NCBI GenBank assembly: GCA_019721075.1
Contig: JAHEAD010000002.1
Coordinates: forward strand, 152,949 to 216,948
Direction: 5' to 3'
Source: Candidatus Sysuiplasma jiujiangense
GTDB lineage: Archaea > Thermoplasmatota > Thermoplasmata > Sysuiplasmatales > Sysuiplasmataceae
DNA length: 64,000 nt
Positions 59,483 to 64,000 of this stretch are shown piece by piece. Each line of letters starts with the position of its first letter. Positions within the stretch are counted from its first letter, which is position 1. The notes beneath the pieces were generated by a model. It was not told the DNA's origin. It searched no databases and worked only from the letters and a program-made list of their open reading frames with translations. The position numbers and the translations under genes were made by a program.

Positions 59483-59872
59483 ATGTCATCTTCGCCGGCT
59501 CAGGACACGATTCCGCAGACAAACATTGCACAGCAGAATCCTGGGCAGTCGCCCCTTGACCATGACGCCGATAGTGCAAAAACACTTATCATAATTGCAA
59601 TGGTCGTGCAGCTGGTTATCGCACTGGTCGGCATACTGAGCGTGTTTCTGCTAGTCGGATTTATCTGGCTCATACTCGACTATTTCCTGTTATACAAGCC
59701 GCTGACCGAAAGGCGTGTCGCGGATGTGGAAACACCTGGCCTCGTGCTTGGAATAATACAGCTCATCCTCGGCGGCGTCATACCCGGCATTCTCATAATC
59801 ATTGCCTATACCAAGATAAAGGATTCACTAAGGAACAGTACTCAGATCGTTGCCGGGCCGCCGGCACCGTAG
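59483..59872 (+). CDS. Hypothetical membrane protein
   Basis: Polar N-terminus then 3-4 hydrophobic helices (LVLGIIQLILGGVIPGILIIIAY). Confidence 0.75.
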   Translation: MSSSPAQDTIPQTNIAQQNPGQSPLDHDADSAKTLIIIAMVVQLVIALVGILSVFLLVGFIWLILDYFLLYKPLTERRVADVETPGLVLGIIQLILGGVIPGILIIIAYTKIKDSLRNSTQIVAGPPAP

Positions 59873-60043
59873 TGCATACAGCTTCGAATGCCGCATGTGC
59901 AGGCGGCGAACAGTTATGCAGACTTTTCCTGGTGGAAATTATTTAATCCGGCGAACGGCTGTCCGGAATGGCAGTTTCATCTCCGTTCGATATTTCCTGT
60001 TCAGGCAGCGACGTTTCGTTCATTCCCGCCCTGCTGCAAATAT

Positions 60044-60574
60044 TCAGTCCGAAGGTTTCCTGAGATGACCGTTTAAAACCCGGGATAACCCGGGTCGAGA
60101 AAACAGAATCACGATCACACCGCCAAGTGTCTGGATTACGGTACTGACAATGTAGGTTTCGATGGAAACCGAATACCCCAGCCCTATGCCCAGCGTCTTT
60201 GAGATAATGAAGATGCGGTACCATACCGCATACCTGAAAACAGCATAGTAGGCTGTCCACAATATCGACCAGACTCCCATTGAAAGGGATGCAATTCCGA
60301 GTGTTCTGAGCGCCCATAGTTTCGCATTCACCAGATACGCAATACAGGCTGAAAACAGCGCAATTGACGCATATACTGCGGAATAGAATGCAAGGTTATG
60401 AAGACTGGCTGGAAAAAATATATCTGCCACACCAGCGGCGACGCCGGCGAATATTCCCGCTGCAAAGGACGATACAGTGCACGACCCGTAATGACCGGAA
60501 ATGAGAGTTTCCTTTTTGCGGCCGCGGTCACACATTTTCAGCGGATGATCGGCAGAACCCATTACATTGCTCAC
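60044..60574 (-). CDS. Hypothetical membrane protein (start uncertain)
   Basis: Several hydrophobic segments; no recognisable family; N-terminal part does not look protein-like. Confidence 0.4.
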   Translation of the reverse strand: MSNVMGSADHPLKMCDRGRKKETLISGHYGSCTVSSFAAGIFAGVAAGVADIFFPASLHNLAFYSAVYASIALFSACIAYLVNAKLWALRTLGIASLSMGVWSILWTAYYAVFRYAVWYRIFIISKTLGIGLGYSVSIETYIVSTVIQTLGGVIVILFSRPGLSRVLNGHLRKPSD

Positions 60575-60871
60575 ACAGTGCCCCTCCAGTTTCAGGAATT
60601 ACTGTCTGGGAAAAATTAGAGTACTGCACTTATTAAATGGATATGAATGTATGATCCATATTTGCAGTGCCGTCATGAGGTCAATTGATCCCACATTTCC
60701 GCGTGCATGAAGTCATTCAATCGGTTCCGATCAGCATCCGGCCGCGCAAAGGAAGACTGTACAACAGATGACACCGGCTGTCAAGCCTCTGCTTCGAATA
60801 AGACGGTGCCTTCTCAGCACATGGCCTCCCGCAACCGGTTCGCAGTTCAAGGAGATGCAATAGCTGAAAGA

Positions 60872-60944
60872 TAGCCCCGGGCAGATTCGAACTGCCGTCG
60901 CAAGATCCAGAGTCTCGCATGATTGACCGCTACACTACGGGGCT
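60872..60944 (-). tRNA. tRNA-Gln(CTG)
   Basis: Reverse complement AGCCCCG...CGAGA-CTCTGGA-TCTTG...GGCAG-TTCGAAT-CTGCC-CGGGGCT-A; A1-U72 typical of archaeal tRNA-Gln. Confidence 0.95.
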
Positions 60945-61588
60945 GAGACGCAACGCCATGACTACCGGGATAATGGATAAATCTAACTGTTGTTTATAGA
61001 ACGGAATGCAAGTCGTCTTCGAGCTACTTCTAGTGAACTGTGACACAGGCTCACTTGCCCTTGTACTTCTTGGTGACATGCACTTTCGCCGAATTGCCGA
61101 ACCTTATTAGGTGCCACTTCTAGAAGGATCGTGGGTTCTTAGCTTATGTGTTAGCCATACTGCACCTTGAAACGCACCTCTATGTTGCTTGCGGCGTAAG
61201 CATGAAGTCTGAGAAGAAGGCAAAACCTGATACAATCAGGGTGCTCCTCATAACAGTGACGGATGTCGAAAGCGTTCGTCTCAACAGCATTACGGTTCAC
61301 AGTCCACCCTCGACGGTTTCTCAGAAGAGACGAAGAAGTTCATAATGCCATGGAGCAACAATGATGTGAGGCCAACGTTATGGAAGAAATTCATATGCAG
61401 CCTCATCGAGGTGTCACCGGACTTCCCACGTGAGTATTGCAGAAGGTAAACCAGGAGTCACAGATGTCTGCGGGCAAGAGAACAGCGGGATGGCGCACAC
61501 AGCAGAGAAGGGAAGACAGGATAAGGACTGCAGCAATTGGCAAGGGAGACCGGCTCAATATCTTCAATATGACACTGATAGGGGGCTT

Positions 61589-63985
61589 ATGCCTTATTCG
61601 CTTCTGGAACAGATATTATTTAAAGGAGAAATTAAAACAGTCTCCTCCATGGCTGATGATTACAAAGCGCGGTTAACTCTTTTACCGTGGTCAGAGAACA
61701 TTGTTAAACTGGAATTCGGCAGACCTTCTACAATGATCGAAGAACTGCTCTTCCCAAAGCGGGTGGCAAACGTAAACAGACAAGGTAACTGGCGCCTTTC
61801 AGAAACGGAACAGGGGACCATCCTGTCTTTCCAAAGCAGGAAAATTGTCAAGTTCAATGTGACAGGGAACGGCGATTCTCTGATATTTGCCCAGACAATA
61901 GGTGATGAAGACAGAGTTTACGGACTTGGCGAAAAATATGCGAGGTTGAATCGCAGGTTCAAAACATTCAACATGTGGAATACCGATCAGTTCAACCATC
62001 TTCCGACAGGGGATCCCGCATATGTTTCGATTCCATTCTACATCGTCGCATCAAAGGGAAGTTACACTGGCATATTTTTCTCATATGCAGGTTTTTCGAA
62101 GTTCGATACCGGTGTAGAGAGAAAGGATGCCATAACGGTGACAATTAATTCGAAGGAGGCGGCGCTGTATGTTATTCATGGTGAAACTCCAGCAGAGATC
62201 ATCAGCAGGTACTCTGAAATTACAGGGAAACCGCTCCTGCCTCCAAAATGGGCCGTCGGATATAATCAGTGCCGTTATAGCTACAAAACGGAGAGTGAAG
62301 TACTTGACATGGCAGCGACATTCAGGCATAAGAAAATACCTTGCGATGCCATCTGGCTTGACATAGATTATATGGAAGATTACATGAACTTCACCTGGGA
62401 CAAAAGGAAGTTTCCCAATCCTAGGGCAATGCTCGACAAGATTCATTCGATCGGTTTCAAACTTGTCACCATACTGGATGTCGGAATAAAGGTCGAAAAG
62501 GGATATTCGGGATATGAAACGCTGAAAAAGGCTGATGGTTTTCTGAAAAATGGAGAGGACAGGGACTTCCTGGGAAGTGTCTGGCCGGGAATATGCGCCT
62601 TTCCTGATTTTCTGCGGACTGATGTCAGGGAACTGTGGGGCAATTGTATTGGCGAGTGGGTAAAACAAGGTATCGATGGTGTATGGTTGGATATGAACGA
62701 GCCATCGATTTTTGTTATGATCGATGCCGCCAGGGAATTGATTGAATTTATTACCCGCAGTGAGTCACTCGCAGGATACGATAGTTTACTGGCCGACAGC
62801 AACTTCATAATGACGCTCAGAGACAAGGCAGCGTCCCTCAGCCCAAACAGCATCTTCAAGGGAATTGGCCATATGCCACTTGGGTCATTCCATACTGGAG
62901 ACAATGGTGAAAAGCACTCAGACCTTGAGTTGCACAATGCCTATTCTACAATGGAAGTAATGGCCACAGCTGCAAGTTTCAAAGTAAATAATCCCGGAAA
63001 ACGCTGGTTCATACTTTCCCGTTCTGGTTATGCTGGAATTCAGCAGTATGCAGCTGTATGGACCGGGGACAATCAATCTGACTGGGGACATCTCGCTATC
63101 AGTATACCGCAGCTGTTAAGCCTTGGGCTATCGGGAGTACCTTTCGTTGGTGCGGATGTCGGCGGATTCTCAGATGATGCCGATCCTGAGCTTCTGGCCA
63201 GATGGACACAGCTTGGAGCATTTTATCCTTTTTTCAGGAACCACACAGTCAAGGGATCCGCGAGACAGGAACCTTGGTCATTCGGCAAGAAATATGAAAA
63301 GATCATTTCTGACGCAATTAAATTACGCTACAAGATTTTGCCCCAGATTTACTGGCTGCTGGTCAAGTCGCACAGGGAAGGAATACCGGTAATGAGGCCC
63401 ATGTTCTATGAGTTTCCCGGCGATAGTGAAGCTTATGATATTGACGATCAGTTCATGCTGGGTTCTGAGATTCTTGTTGCTCCCGTAATTTCACCCGGCG
63501 CAAGGGCTAGGGGTGTCTACCTTCCACTTTGCAAATGGCTCAATATGTGGACTGGCGAGGTTGCAGGACCAGGCTGGCATTTTGTTGATGCGCCGCTGAA
63601 TAGGATACCATATTTCCTGAAAGAGGACACAGGAATAGTTATGGCCGGGCCGGTTGACAATACCCAGAAAGAATGGAAACTCAGGGTTGAGGTATTTCTG
63701 GAGACTCAAGCCTGTATCAGAGTTTACGACGATGATGGGGAGAGCCTGGCAGAAAGCCTTTCTTATGAAGTGAAGCTTTGCTTCGTCAGAAGGAAAGACA
63801 ACATAGATGTTGATGGAGAGGTGATATGCGACGGTTTCAGCAGAAATGGAAAGATTGAAGTCAGAGTCCACTCCATGAAACCTGTCAACTCCGTCCGTTT
63901 TCTCGGCAACACAGTAAATACAACCAGAACTGGCGATGCTGTTTCTTTCAGAATAAACATCGGCGATTTGCTTGATCGTTCCTGA
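61589..63985 (+). CDS. GH31 alpha-glucosidase
   Basis: YGLGE, PPKWAVGYNQCRYSY, WLDIDY, nucleophile WLDMNEPS, acid/base WTGDN, GADVGGF, FFRNH; start taken at ATG 61589. Confidence 0.93.
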   Translation: MPYSLLEQILFKGEIKTVSSMADDYKARLTLLPWSENIVKLEFGRPSTMIEELLFPKRVANVNRQGNWRLSETEQGTILSFQSRKIVKFNVTGNGDSLIFAQTIGDEDRVYGLGEKYARLNRRFKTFNMWNTDQFNHLPTGDPAYVSIPFYIVASKGSYTGIFFSYAGFSKFDTGVERKDAITVTINSKEAALYVIHGETPAEIISRYSEITGKPLLPPKWAVGYNQCRYSYKTESEVLDMAATFRHKKIPCDAIWLDIDYMEDYMNFTWDKRKFPNPRAMLDKIHSIGFKLVTILDVGIKVEKGYSGYETLKKADGFLKNGEDRDFLGSVWPGICAFPDFLRTDVRELWGNCIGEWVKQGIDGVWLDMNEPSIFVMIDAARELIEFITRSESLAGYDSLLADSNFIMTLRDKAASLSPNSIFKGIGHMPLGSFHTGDNGEKHSDLELHNAYSTMEVMATAASFKVNNPGKRWFILSRSGYAGIQQYAAVWTGDNQSDWGHLAISIPQLLSLGLSGVPFVGADVGGFSDDADPELLARWTQLGAFYPFFRNHTVKGSARQEPWSFGKKYEKIISDAIKLRYKILPQIYWLLVKSHREGIPVMRPMFYEFPGDSEAYDIDDQFMLGSEILVAPVISPGARARGVYLPLCKWLNMWTGEVAGPGWHFVDAPLNRIPYFLKEDTGIVMAGPVDNTQKEWKLRVEVFLETQACIRVYDDDGESLAESLSYEVKLCFVRRKDNIDVDGEVICDGFSRNGKIEVRVHSMKPVNSVRFLGNTVNTTRTGDAVSFRINIGDLLDRS

Positions 63986-64000
63986 CTTTTAAAATAGTAT

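Noticed and set aside
59160..60872. Integrated element at the tRNA-Gln 3' end
   Set aside because: No integrase and no duplicated tRNA 3' fragment found in the window
1..64000. CRISPR array, rRNA, intein or tRNA intron
   Set aside because: No spaced repeats or rRNA motifs; lonB and hel308 have normal lengths; the tRNAs fold without introns

Overview
Ordinary, gene-dense archaeal chromosomal segment. It is most consistent with Thermoplasmatota (inferred from Sm-L37e-purF, lonB-nadM, hel308-cgi121, aRF1, archaeal CCA enzyme, DTD2, PurP and GGTGA Shine-Dalgarno motifs). It holds about 55 CDS and three intron-less tRNAs (Ala-GGC, Pro-CGG, Gln-CTG). No rRNA, CRISPR array or intact mobile element was seen. 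Housekeeping content covers nucleotide synthesis, translation, mevalonate entry, NAD metabolism, histidine utilisation, Fe-S assembly and several ABC/MFS/ClC transporters. Four things stand out. (1) In the HMG-CoA synthase-thiolase-DUF35 operon the thiolase has substitutions at three catalytic positions. (2) A 1466-aa cytoplasmic helical-repeat rod ending in Ig-like and RING-like Zn domains lies divergent from an inactive+active KaiC/RAD55 ATPase pair that has a structured leader. (3) A tightly coupled operon links ArsR, a membrane protein, a micro coiled-coil, a bactofilin, an ABC-2 exporter and DTD2. (4) An unannotated 35-aa Cys-containing ORF has its own TATA box and terminator. All calls come from motif recognition by eye; no database searches were run.
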